A DNA stretch of 64,000 bases. Source: a virus. Of the stretch, positions 35,218 to 45,938 are shown piece after piece. The position numbers were made by a program, and so were the translations under genes. Location: IMG/VR virus record IMGVR_UViG_3300031841_003468, positions 64,001 to 128,000 of that record; one strand, written 5' to 3'. The stretch's first letter is position 1. Each line of letters begins with the position of its first letter. The notes beneath the pieces were generated by a model. The model saw only the letters and a list, made by a program, of their open reading frames with translations, ran no database searches and was not told where the DNA came from.

Positions 35218-38202
35218 ATGCTCGTCAAAGACAGAGTAAAGGAATCGGCCACAGGTACGTCCGGTAATCTGTCCCTTCAGGGGGCAGACACCGGCTATGT
35301 GGCTTTTTCTACTATTGGAAATAATGAATATACATACTACTGCGTTATAAGTGCAGATAGAACTCAATGGGAAGTTGGCTACGGTCAACTTAACTCTGAT
35401 TCTAGTGAGCTTATTAGACCAGCTACAGTTATATCTAACAGTGCAGGCAACACTTCAAGACTTACTCTTGGTAGTGGAACCCACACTGTTTTTTGCACGT
35501 CTCCCGCTAGCAAATCTGTCTACCTTGACAATTCTGGGGCAGCAAATGTAGCTGTTAGTGTATTTACTAATGATGCTGGCTATTTAACATCCTATACAGA
35601 AACAAATGATCTAAGCTCGGCAGTTACTTGGGCAAATGTTCCTGATGCCAACATTACAGAATCGTCGGTAACACAGCATCAAGCTGCTCTTTCTATAACA
35701 GAATCACAGATCAGTGACTTTGGAACTTACCTTACTTCTGAGACTTCACATGCAGATGTCGTTGTGGATGGAGACTTTGGTTCAGAAGGCTTGATGAAGC
35801 GTGGCGGTAGTGCTGGAACATATACTATAGTAACTGATAACTCATCTAATTGGAACACTGCCTTTGGATGGGGTAATCATGCATCCGCTGGCTACTTAAC
35901 TTCTATATCTGGAATAACAACATCTAGTTTTGATGCTGCAACATTAGTTACAGAAGCAGATGACATATCAGACAATGATAATGATACAACAATCCCGACT
36001 TCTGCAGCAGTAAAAGATTATGCTGATCATGCAGAAAGTATTCTTAAATGTGTAAATGCTAGCGGTGGAACCCTCAATGCTGGCGAAGCCGTTTATCTTT
36101 CTGGTCATACTGGAACACAGATACAGGTTGACAAAGCAGACAATACTGATGCGGCTAAGATGCCAGCCATAGGTATAGTTAAGACTTCTGCTAGTAATAA
36201 TGCCGCAGTAGATATTGTCACGCATGGTAAACTTATAGGGATTGATACTTCTACACCAGCCTACTCAGTAGGGGATGAATTATATATTAACGGCTCAGGT
36301 GCTTTAACAGATGTTGTTCCTACCGGTGAGTCATCACTAATACAAAAAATGGCAAAAGTTGTAAGGGTTCATGCCAGTAGCGGTGAAATATATATTATGG
36401 GTGCAGGAAGAAGTAATGCTGTACCTAATCTAAATTCAGCTAAAATATTTCTAGGTAATGCTAGCAATAAGGCTGTCGCCACCAGTATCACCGGAGATGT
36501 TACTATTACTAACGCTGGCGTTACTACCGTTGGCTCTGTTGGTGAGTCTATTGTAACAGCACACCAAGCTGCACTGTCTATAACTGAGTCACAAATAAGT
36601 GATTTAGGCTCTTACATCACTGCTAGTTCTATAGATACATTAACAAATAAGAGTGGTAATATTTCTCAGTGGACAAATGACTCAGGTTATTTAACTGCTG
36701 TTTCTGGATTAACTGTAAGTAATTTTGATGCTGCAACAATAGTTTTAGAATCTGAAGGAATTGGGTCTAACGATAATGACACAACTATTCCTACCTCTGC
36801 TGCAGTTGTAGACTATGTAGCCAATAATGCTGGTGGTGCTAGCGACCTAAATGACTTAGGGGACGTTTCTTATGGTGGAACAAATCTGAGTCATACCATA
36901 TTGATTAATAATAATCCCGGCTCTGCACCTAACCATGGAACTTTAGGGTCAGACAATACTAGAAATCTTGGGATTGGCTACTTTGCTTTATCTAGTATAA
37001 CAGACGCTTCCTACAATATTGCTTTAGGTAGTCTTTCCGGATGGCAGTTGACTACAGGGGACAAAAATGTATTTATAGGGCAAGATGCTGGATCACAAAT
37101 TACAGACGGGGACAGTAATATATGCATTGGCTATCAAACTCAGTATTACGGCAATGACGGAGATTACAACATAGCTATTGGTATTCATGCCTTAAGGGGA
37201 AACAGTAATGGTACTAGCACAACAAACAACTATAATAATATAGGTATTGGACAGCAAGCTTTATACAAAATTGAAGATGGAGATTCAAATGTAGCAGTCG
37301 GATATAAGGCTGCAAATGAAGTTAAAAACGGACAACAAAATGTTGCCGTTGGATATCAGGCACAACTATATGACGAAACTTGCGACCATAATGTTGCTAT
37401 TGGTAGAGACGCTTTAAAAGGAAGTGCTAGCTCTGATAATCAGCAATACAACACGGGCGTAGGAGCTACAGCCCTTTTTGCCATTACAACCGGAAGTTAT
37501 AATACCGGTGCTGGAGCATATACTGGAGCAGATCTTACGACAGGTGATAAAAATGTATATCTAGGGTACTCTGCTGGAACTGGAGCAACCGCAACAGAAA
37601 GCAACATGCTATACATTGGAAACGCTATTGTTTCTCTTGATGGAACAATTATCAAAGCAGATATGGCAGAAAAACATATTGCTTTCGGCATGGCCGACGA
37701 CCATTTTAGTAACACTACTGGCTCAGCTACTGTCCAGATATATCCTAAAGATGCAGCAGACAATGCTTTAGAAATTAAGATGACTGCAACTCCTTCCGCT
37801 GCTACTCGTGCACTAGAAGTCAAGAACAGTTCTGGTACTAGCCAATACTCGGTCACTGCAGACGGTGCAGTAAAAAGCAAAATGCACACCGAAACTTATG
37901 GAGCTACTACAACATTTGACTTAAACGAATCAAACTTTTTTACGGTTACATTAACTGGCGACAGTACTTTTGCACTTTCAAACTCTACTACAGGGCAAAG
38001 ATTTGTAATTAGGGTTGTACAAGACGGCACTGGTAGTCATGGTGTAACTTGGTGGAGTGGATTAAAGTGGGCTAATGCAACCGCACCAACTTTAACAACT
38101 GCCGCAAACTCAATCGACACATTTGGCTTCATTTGCACGGATTCTTCGACTCCTGTTTATGAAGGTTATATCATAGGACAGAATGTAGCGACACCATCAT
38201 AA
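35218..38202 (+). CDS. fibre protein with YadA-like N-x-A-I-G repeats
   Basis: DRVKE..T N-terminus, internal duplications (HQAALSITESQISD, NDTTIPTSAAV), NIAIG/NVAVG repeats, QDGTGS..W C-terminal module. Confidence 0.8.
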   Translation: MLVKDRVKESATGTSGNLSLQGADTGYVAFSTIGNNEYTYYCVISADRTQWEVGYGQLNSDSSELIRPATVISNSAGNTSRLTLGSGTHTVFCTSPASKSVYLDNSGAANVAVSVFTNDAGYLTSYTETNDLSSAVTWANVPDANITESSVTQHQAALSITESQISDFGTYLTSETSHADVVVDGDFGSEGLMKRGGSAGTYTIVTDNSSNWNTAFGWGNHASAGYLTSISGITTSSFDAATLVTEADDISDNDNDTTIPTSAAVKDYADHAESILKCVNASGGTLNAGEAVYLSGHTGTQIQVDKADNTDAAKMPAIGIVKTSASNNAAVDIVTHGKLIGIDTSTPAYSVGDELYINGSGALTDVVPTGESSLIQKMAKVVRVHASSGEIYIMGAGRSNAVPNLNSAKIFLGNASNKAVATSITGDVTITNAGVTTVGSVGESIVTAHQAALSITESQISDLGSYITASSIDTLTNKSGNISQWTNDSGYLTAVSGLTVSNFDAATIVLESEGIGSNDNDTTIPTSAAVVDYVANNAGGASDLNDLGDVSYGGTNLSHTILINNNPGSAPNHGTLGSDNTRNLGIGYFALSSITDASYNIALGSLSGWQLTTGDKNVFIGQDAGSQITDGDSNICIGYQTQYYGNDGDYNIAIGIHALRGNSNGTSTTNNYNNIGIGQQALYKIEDGDSNVAVGYKAANEVKNGQQNVAVGYQAQLYDETCDHNVAIGRDALKGSASSDNQQYNTGVGATALFAITTGSYNTGAGAYTGADLTTGDKNVYLGYSAGTGATATESNMLYIGNAIVSLDGTIIKADMAEKHIAFGMADDHFSNTTGSATVQIYPKDAADNALEIKMTATPSAATRALEVKNSSGTSQYSVTADGAVKSKMHTETYGATTTFDLNESNFFTVTLTGDSTFALSNSTTGQRFVIRVVQDGTGSHGVTWWSGLKWANATAPTLTTAANSIDTFGFICTDSSTPVYEGYIIGQNVATPS

Positions 38203-39032
38203 TGGAAATATTAGTAAATATAAACCATAATACTGACATAGATCAGTACAGCGATGGAGATGTCATTAGATGTTTTCCTCCTGAAGAAATTTTAGTGACT
38301 AGAGCACAAACAATTTGCAACGCTGCAAACTTTGGCTTTAATTCACATGGATTAAGAGAACTAGGAACACTATTAGAAAAATACCAACAGAAGACTAGTA
38401 AGTTTAAGTTTATAAGACTGAACTCAAATAATGTTCTAAAAAGAAACTTGATTACTGGTGAAGAGATCGTCGTCTCTAATACTGCAAATGAAGAAGGTGA
38501 AAGAATTCATACTGAAGCATTTCTAAAGAGAAGACTTGCTAGACCAAAGCATAAAATATTTGGTAATAGTCAGGGCCGAGAGATATGGTATTCTAATAGT
38601 ATTTACTTGATTGATAGGATGGATTTAGTTGATGCCATATGGAATGACATTGAAACAGAAACTGGTATCTTAAAAGCAGATAATACTAGAAAGCATTTCA
38701 CTAGAACTGAAAAAAGAAACTTCTTAGTCTTAGACTGCACAGGATTTATTAATAATGAATACAAAGACATTTCTATGGGAACAGCCGTAGAAAGATCTAA
38801 TAGTGTCATTAATCCAATAGGTGATAGTGAAGACCAAGAATACGAAATTCTAGCAAAAAGAAGATGGAACATCCCATACTTTGATCTTGCTACTGAACTT
38901 GGTATTGACATTGATAAAGTTAGAGATCCAAGTAAACTAGTTGACCCTAGACAGGATATTCCTAGAGAACAAAAAAACAAGCTTGACGATATTATGATTG
39001 ATAAAGTCAACACTGGAGAAATTATTATATAA
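38202..39032 (+). CDS. hypothetical protein (fibre-associated)
   Basis: TAATG coupling on both sides. Confidence 0.7.
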   Translation: MEILVNINHNTDIDQYSDGDVIRCFPPEEILVTRAQTICNAANFGFNSHGLRELGTLLEKYQQKTSKFKFIRLNSNNVLKRNLITGEEIVVSNTANEEGERIHTEAFLKRRLARPKHKIFGNSQGREIWYSNSIYLIDRMDLVDAIWNDIETETGILKADNTRKHFTRTEKRNFLVLDCTGFINNEYKDISMGTAVERSNSVINPIGDSEDQEYEILAKRRWNIPYFDLATELGIDIDKVRDPSKLVDPRQDIPREQKNKLDDIMIDKVNTGEIII

Positions 39033-40402
39033 TGGCAACCATATACAAAAGCATAGGAGAAAGGGCAGATATTACCATAGTTGATGGTGATTCTAGCTTG
39101 CCTACTAGTTCAACGGGCTCAGGCACGTTTGCTAGCCCCTATTCAATGACCTACAGTTCCTCTCCGGGAAATGTTGGTATTGGTGATGTATTAGAGGTAA
39201 TAGACGGAACCTCTTTTGCCACATATTATTACTACGTAAAGTCTGTTTCAGGAAACACTGTCGAAGTTGTTTGGGTTTATGAAGATTCAGGTATGGGCTA
39301 TGGAACTTCATCTCCAACTGATTTGTTTGATATGTCTTTTCAGCAGGCTGGACATGATTACAGTCGTGGGTACAGTTCTATGACTGCTTGGGAAACTGGA
39401 CTAAGTAATTCAGACTGGTATAGCTCAGGCGATGATGTTGTTGGCTGGGTTCATGATGACAATGACTATTTTGAAGAAAATGTAATTTTTAATAACACTA
39501 CTAGCTTCAATAGCGTAAAGCTTACCGTGCCTGAATCAGATAGACATGATGGCACCGCAAACACTGGCGTTATTAACAAGCCAAACGCTGATCCCGGTGC
39601 AAATAATTCAACGTCTATTTTTAATATAGATATGAGTAACTTTACTCTTGAGTGGATAGAAATTGACATGTCTGGATCAACAAGTACTAATATTTGTATT
39701 CAGACCGGTACTAGCAACACTAATGCAGATACAGACATTACAATACAAAATATGATTATACACACTTGGGGTACTAATCAGACTACCGACCCTCAGCACG
39801 GAATACTTATGAGGGGTGCAAGCGGAGGGTACCACAAGATATACAATAACATATTTTATAACTTTGATGAATCGGATGATAGTAATGTATTTATTAACTG
39901 TAATCAATCCCGTGCTACTGTCTATGTTTATAATAACACTGGGTTTGATATTCAGACTGGATCTAGTGGCAAAGTAGCCTATGGTATTTTATTTAGCAGT
40001 GATAATCCTGCTGAAGTTAATATAGTAAATAATATAATGCTTGATGCCAACAATACAAATAGTGCTTCAAATCAATATGATTTTTATAGAGGAAGCTCAA
40101 ATAGAAGTGGAACTAGATCACATAATCTTTCCAGCGATTCTAGTGCTTCCACCTATGGCACTGATGCACAAACAGGACAAACTGCTTCCAATGTTTGTGT
40201 TTCAACTACTGGCTCGATAGATCTACATATACTTGATACGTCAGATGCAGTTGGTAATGGAACAGACTTAGGCACGGAAGCAAATATAGATATAAATGGT
40301 TTTGACAGAAACGGTACTGATGTTGATTGGGATATTGGTGCTCATCAAGTAACAACAGGTGGCACTACTGCAGGAGCCGCATTTTTATTATTCGTAGATT
40401 AA
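39032..40402 (+). CDS. parallel beta-helix structural protein
   Basis: IYNNIFY/VYNNT/IVNNI repeats, WDIGA ending. Confidence 0.75.
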   Translation: MATIYKSIGERADITIVDGDSSLPTSSTGSGTFASPYSMTYSSSPGNVGIGDVLEVIDGTSFATYYYYVKSVSGNTVEVVWVYEDSGMGYGTSSPTDLFDMSFQQAGHDYSRGYSSMTAWETGLSNSDWYSSGDDVVGWVHDDNDYFEENVIFNNTTSFNSVKLTVPESDRHDGTANTGVINKPNADPGANNSTSIFNIDMSNFTLEWIEIDMSGSTSTNICIQTGTSNTNADTDITIQNMIIHTWGTNQTTDPQHGILMRGASGGYHKIYNNIFYNFDESDDSNVFINCNQSRATVYVYNNTGFDIQTGSSGKVAYGILFSSDNPAEVNIVNNIMLDANNTNSASNQYDFYRGSSNRSGTRSHNLSSDSSASTYGTDAQTGQTASNVCVSTTGSIDLHILDTSDAVGNGTDLGTEANIDINGFDRNGTDVDWDIGAHQVTTGGTTAGAAFLLFVD

Positions 40403-40412
40403 GGTTTTAGTA

Positions 40413-41048
40413 ATGGCAAATAAACAAATTAAAGATCTTAATGTAAGGTCTGATGTACATAAAACAGATAAGTTGATTGTTCAGTCTGCGGATGATACTG
40501 TAAGTAACATTTCTGTAGATGCTTTGGCTGATGAAACAAGATTCCAAATAATGGGATGGGGATATAGGTCTGATAATGGCTTAGATACAACCCCGCTAAG
40601 TGTAGATGGAGACACATGGACTCAATTAACCAATGATGGTGCATCCTCATCCTCTGCTACTGGGTTTTTGGCAGATGGCATAACAAGAGTATTTGACACA
40701 TCAACAGGACAAGTCAAACTAGATCAATTATCATTAGCATCTACTGTTTTATTTAGGGTTGGTCTTGAAATGACACCTTCTGTAAACAACACGCTTGTTT
40801 CCGTTAGGTTAAACTATAATGCTAGAGACGAAAATAATGACATATTATATTCATTCCAGCAAGACTCTCAAACTTCAGAGTTAGCAGAATCTGGAGCTGG
40901 TACGGTATACAATAAAATTTTTATAATTCCAGTTTATGTCGGAGATGAAAATTCTCGCAGAGGAGAGGGATACTTTGAGGTTCATAGCTCTGCAGCTCTT
41001 TCTGTTAACGACGTTAAGATATTAAGCATCATTTCAGGAGGTGCATAA
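40413..41048 (+). CDS. virion structural protein
   Basis: MANKQIKDL N-terminus typical of fibre adaptors. Confidence 0.6.
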   Translation: MANKQIKDLNVRSDVHKTDKLIVQSADDTVSNISVDALADETRFQIMGWGYRSDNGLDTTPLSVDGDTWTQLTNDGASSSSATGFLADGITRVFDTSTGQVKLDQLSLASTVLFRVGLEMTPSVNNTLVSVRLNYNARDENNDILYSFQQDSQTSELAESGAGTVYNKIFIIPVYVGDENSRRGEGYFEVHSSAALSVNDVKILSIISGGA

Positions 41049-44000
41049 TGGCCCAGTATTTACTCAAAAGATCAAAAAATGACCAGAGCATTGTTTTTCA
41101 AAGAGATGCTAAAAGAGTTGGCACACACCCTCTTGGTGTATTACTTGCCGTAGGTAATGGTGACGGAACTGTCTCTATCAAAAATGAAGGTAAGTCAATA
41201 GATGGCATAGATTTTTTTGAGCTATCTAATATTCCTTTTGCAGAATACAGAGTAAGAGATTTACAGGCTGGGGGTACGTATGCTGCCCAAAGACAGGTTG
41301 GTTCAGATGAAGCAGAAACTGTATCCGAACTAAATGAACTACTTGGTAATAATATTAGTAATAATCCTGACGAAACATTAGCTAGGCTTAGTGGTGACTT
41401 GATTGTAGATGCTGCTCGTGGTAGTGATACTACTGGTAATGGTACTGTATCTAAACCTTATGCAACTATTGGAGCTGCATACGCTGCGTCAGCTAGCGGT
41501 CAGACTATCGCTATTTGTGCCGGAACATACACTGAAACTATTATTGCAGACGGATCAAAATCCATAAGGTTCATTGGTATGGACAGAGAGCTTGTTATCT
41601 GGCAAGCAGCTGCATCTTTCTCGGATACCAATGATTCATGTTTTGAAACTACTGGAACATCATCGACTAATGAATTTCACTTTACTGGAATATCCTTTAA
41701 AAAAGGTTGTTTTGCAGTCAAAATCATGTCTGCTTCTAAAGTGCTAATAAATAATTGTGTGTTTTACCATAATGGATGGAGTGGATCAAGACTATCTTTA
41801 TCTGCGGCACAAACAGATACTTGGGCAAATGAGGGAACACTGGGTTATGACTCCTCTGCTTCAGACTTACAATCTTTCGCTGCCAGCTCTGAGGTTATGA
41901 GTACTGAGGGTGGTGCAATCTTCATTGAAAATTCAACTGAGGTTGAAATCACAGACAACGACATTCATCATTGCAGATCTGGAATTTATTTACTAGACTG
42001 TGGAGAAAATGGTTTTGGCAATATTTCAAGAAACCAAATACACACATGTATATTGAGTGCCATTCACTTAAATTCTTCTAGCCTAACTGCCACAGATGGA
42101 TGTTCAAACTTTAATATTTATAATAATTCTGCATCACTTACTGGGGACAATGGTATTTTTGTATGCGGTGGAATTGATAACATTGTTGCCTTAAACGTAA
42201 TTAAAAATAATTGGAATGCTGGATGCATGGCAGCAGATGCTTCCAATACTCGTTTTAGAGACATGGACTTATCTGATAATAATAGGGCTGCAACTAATGC
42301 AATGGGAGAAACTGGCCATGCAGAAGGATCTATTGTCATCAAGGGGTCTACACTAAGATCTGATGCAGATTTTATCTGTGAAATTTTAGACACTCAAATT
42401 TATAATACTGGGCTGGGCTCTAGTAGCGAAAAGGTTGGTATTTATATTGACGACGGTCTTGATGCAATTAACGACAGAAGTAGGGCATTAATCAACATTG
42501 ACGATGTTGGCTTTAAGAGTCAGGACTATGCCATCAAAGCAGAGTGTGATTTAGATGAAATAAAATTGACGCTTGGCGACTTAAGATTCATAGACACTGT
42601 AGAAAAAAATATAGTAGCAACTAATGGTAAATACTATGAGCTACCATTTTCAAATCACCACACTAATATTAATGTTATTGACTTTAAGCTAGATGACACT
42701 AATTCACAGATTCAGGTTAGAGAAGGTCATAATGGTAATGTAATTAATACTTACCCAATTAACTCTTTACAGGCTGTAGCTTTTGGCACTAAGATTAGAG
42801 TCATACTTAAGGGGTCAGACAAAATTCAATTTGACGACATCCCTGTTTCCGGCTGTAGTATTGGTGGTGTAGCCGTTAACTCTGTCCTTGCTACTGCAGT
42901 AAACACACTAAATGGTATATTTACCAACACATCTGGTTTTTCTACTACTGGAGTCACTGTTACTGGTGGTAGTGTAACTGGCAATGATCTTACTTTAAAT
43001 ATGTCTGATAGCAGTTCTATAACTATTGACGTTACATCTTTAGCAGTTGACACAGACAATGAAGTGTCCAGCGGTGCAGTTAGTGGGACTGATCTTGTTC
43101 TTACTATGAGTGATGCATCTACTGTTACTATTGATGTTGCAAACTTAGTTAATGGTGCGACTGTTAATCTTGCCAATCCAAACTGGTTCTACCTGAATGG
43201 CCCCGATGCCGGTGACGCTGTTCCAGATACTAGTAGTGCAGAACAATCCAAGGCACCATTTTACTTTGGTGAAGCTCTTTATCCGGGTGAAGAAATTGCT
43301 TGGACACCTAATTATGATAGCGATACACGATTTGGGATATGGCAAGGTGGAACTTTATACGGTTGGAGTAACATAAATAATACTCATTACTCAAAAAGCA
43401 TGTATTATGATGAGAGTCACAATAACTTACCGAGCGGCAAATCTTATGGCTGGGACTGGACTGAATCCCAAGGTAATTCATTTGCTAACGGGGATAGTAT
43501 AATTTTAAGATACGATACAGATAATTTTCTAAAATTATTTAAGGTTCACCGTTACACTGGACAGGAAGACCTACGAGCAGTAGGGTCTGTAGCAGAAGAT
43601 GGAACTGCAAGAACCATTGTTTGTCATATGGCAGATGATAATGCTGACTTACAGCTATTTACACACAGAGCAACAACCCCTAAACCTTTTTATGTTCGCA
43701 CTGGTATTATAAGTACTAGGGGCGATCAGCACTTAAATTCCACATTCCAGCTTAATGACTACCAACCTTTAGACTACGGGCCTTTATTGGAAAAGGGTCA
43801 AGAACTAGTCTGGCAACATAGTAGTTCACTCACGGCTAGTAATACTATGGCTGTTGGTGTTTATGGTACTGATCTTACTGAAGGAACTTCTAACGCCAGA
43901 AAAGCTCAGTACTGGGTAAGATCTGTAGCTATTGAGTCAGGTAGAGTTAGAGCGGATGGCGGTGCTACTTATGATGGTACTGGTTTCGACATCAATACTC

Positions 44001-45916
44001 GCTATGCTAGTGGGTACACCGTAACCTCTAATACCATATTTGCTCTTAGATATGCGTCTGACAATAAGCTTAAGTTATATGATATTACTGACGAAGGTCA
44101 AATCCTTATCACTGAGGCCAATGTTGCCGAAGATGGAAATCCAGTTCAAATTACATTTGCTGCTCACCATTCTGAAACAGTACCTTCAATAACAAAAAGA
44201 GAAGCTGAATGGGAAATTGTCCATGAAGATTCTACTGGGCATGAAGGTGATTGGTATGATGGCATTAAACCTAGAACAGTTATTAAAAGTAGATTAGAAA
44301 TAAATCCGGGAGAAAAATTAAGTTTCACTTGGGCTCCTCATACTAATACTTCTAATTTTGGTCTAGATTGGCTTGGCAATGCAACCGGTCATACTGGCGG
44401 TATCAATACTAAAACCCTGTGGGAAGCTGGATTACTAAAAACTTCTAGTAGCACAGACAATGAGTTTAGGTCAATTAATAATTCACAGCCTGACTGGAAT
44501 ATGAATACTAACAATCAGTATTATGATGATTCAAGCGGCACTATCCTTTGGAGCAAACCAAGGGCTACAATGAACTTGGAAATAAGATACTTTGCCAATT
44601 ACTCAGTTCAACTACTGGACGTAGATACTGGTGAAGTAATAGCCACAATCGCACAGTCTTTGACCGGAAGTCCATTTAGATTTTGCATAGGGTCTAATCA
44701 TGGTTTAGCAGCTAGTGAAATACCTACCAATTTGACAAAGGCTTCTTTAAGCTCAAGTCCATCTCCTTCACTACTGACACATGCACCCGATATTTCAAAT
44801 CAGACTTTAAATGCTGTTGAAAATTCAACCATTAACTTTACACCATCATTAGACACTAGTTCTAACAAGGTTACAATGTGGGCTTTTGAAAATCTTCCTA
44901 GCTGGCTAGTTGCCGATGAATCTACAGGTCAGATTACTGGAACTGCACCGGCTTACGCTGGAACAGCAGGTAGCGGAGTAAATGATGAGTATTATGTAAC
45001 TGTTAAAGTTGGTAATCCTTTTGGTATAGATACGTGTACCCTTACAGTCAGTATAGCAGAATTATTACTGAATACAACATATACTAAGTGTATAGATAAC
45101 GATAATACAAATGAGTGGCTACAGCAAGTCACCAATAGCCTATCACAAAACCCGTTGAGAAGAAATGCAAATGGTACTGGCTCTAGTGATGCTTGGACTG
45201 TTAGTATATTGCAAGAATTTACGGGCGACACTACTGGTGGCTATTTGTTTGCACAGGGTGATAGTGCAACTGGAGTAGGTGTAAGATTATTCACCAATGG
45301 CAATGGAAATCTATCTTTTAGATATGGTAACAGTACATATAAATTATGGCAAAGCTGGAATAATGGAACCCTATCTACAGGAAATGACGTTTTTCACCTT
45401 ATTACTATAACATATGATGGGGGAACAACTGGATCTGACTCCGCATATCTAAGTGACTACTTTGGTAGATTTAATTTTTATCTAACCGACTTAGATACTA
45501 AACAGACTTCCCAGATAACACCTGATTCTCAGAATCATAATAATGATGGTGTTAATCAAGCAATTTACGGTCGCCTTACAGTCGGCGGTAACTATAATAA
45601 TAACTACATTATGGGAGGTAAAGTTGCCGCTATGTCAATAACTAATTCTGCATTGACTTTATCTGAAATTCAAGGTGATAGCACAACTGGTGAAAATGGT
45701 TTTGCACTTGATCCGCTTGGATGGAAAACTGAGAATAGTATTACAGATCCTGATCAGCATAAAATCTGGTTAATGGGTGATGGTGTAGATGACAACGATA
45801 ATGGAGACCTTTACATCAGAAATCAGGTTGATACAACTGATAATGGATCAATGCTACAGATGAAGAATATGACATCAGATAGAATTGTAAATCACACACC
45901 TACAGGACTTCAATAA
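41048..45916 (+). CDS. large multidomain adhesin/spike (beta-helix, Ig-like, LamG-like)
   Basis: GSD..GNGT..KPYATI beta-helix entry; NLPSWL..DESTGQITGT Ig-like; WTVS...HLITITYDG LamG-like. Confidence 0.75.
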   Translation: MAQYLLKRSKNDQSIVFQRDAKRVGTHPLGVLLAVGNGDGTVSIKNEGKSIDGIDFFELSNIPFAEYRVRDLQAGGTYAAQRQVGSDEAETVSELNELLGNNISNNPDETLARLSGDLIVDAARGSDTTGNGTVSKPYATIGAAYAASASGQTIAICAGTYTETIIADGSKSIRFIGMDRELVIWQAAASFSDTNDSCFETTGTSSTNEFHFTGISFKKGCFAVKIMSASKVLINNCVFYHNGWSGSRLSLSAAQTDTWANEGTLGYDSSASDLQSFAASSEVMSTEGGAIFIENSTEVEITDNDIHHCRSGIYLLDCGENGFGNISRNQIHTCILSAIHLNSSSLTATDGCSNFNIYNNSASLTGDNGIFVCGGIDNIVALNVIKNNWNAGCMAADASNTRFRDMDLSDNNRAATNAMGETGHAEGSIVIKGSTLRSDADFICEILDTQIYNTGLGSSSEKVGIYIDDGLDAINDRSRALINIDDVGFKSQDYAIKAECDLDEIKLTLGDLRFIDTVEKNIVATNGKYYELPFSNHHTNINVIDFKLDDTNSQIQVREGHNGNVINTYPINSLQAVAFGTKIRVILKGSDKIQFDDIPVSGCSIGGVAVNSVLATAVNTLNGIFTNTSGFSTTGVTVTGGSVTGNDLTLNMSDSSSITIDVTSLAVDTDNEVSSGAVSGTDLVLTMSDASTVTIDVANLVNGATVNLANPNWFYLNGPDAGDAVPDTSSAEQSKAPFYFGEALYPGEEIAWTPNYDSDTRFGIWQGGTLYGWSNINNTHYSKSMYYDESHNNLPSGKSYGWDWTESQGNSFANGDSIILRYDTDNFLKLFKVHRYTGQEDLRAVGSVAEDGTARTIVCHMADDNADLQLFTHRATTPKPFYVRTGIISTRGDQHLNSTFQLNDYQPLDYGPLLEKGQELVWQHSSSLTASNTMAVGVYGTDLTEGTSNARKAQYWVRSVAIESGRVRADGGATYDGTGFDINTRYASGYTVTSNTIFALRYASDNKLKLYDITDEGQILITEANVAEDGNPVQITFAAHHSETVPSITKREAEWEIVHEDSTGHEGDWYDGIKPRTVIKSRLEINPGEKLSFTWAPHTNTSNFGLDWLGNATGHTGGINTKTLWEAGLLKTSSSTDNEFRSINNSQPDWNMNTNNQYYDDSSGTILWSKPRATMNLEIRYFANYSVQLLDVDTGEVIATIAQSLTGSPFRFCIGSNHGLAASEIPTNLTKASLSSSPSPSLLTHAPDISNQTLNAVENSTINFTPSLDTSSNKVTMWAFENLPSWLVADESTGQITGTAPAYAGTAGSGVNDEYYVTVKVGNPFGIDTCTLTVSIAELLLNTTYTKCIDNDNTNEWLQQVTNSLSQNPLRRNANGTGSSDAWTVSILQEFTGDTTGGYLFAQGDSATGVGVRLFTNGNGNLSFRYGNSTYKLWQSWNNGTLSTGNDVFHLITITYDGGTTGSDSAYLSDYFGRFNFYLTDLDTKQTSQITPDSQNHNNDGVNQAIYGRLTVGGNYNNNYIMGGKVAAMSITNSALTLSEIQGDSTTGENGFALDPLGWKTENSITDPDQHKIWLMGDGVDDNDNGDLYIRNQVDTTDNGSMLQMKNMTSDRIVNHTPTGLQ

Positions 45917-45938
45917 TTTTAACCCGGAGATTATCTAA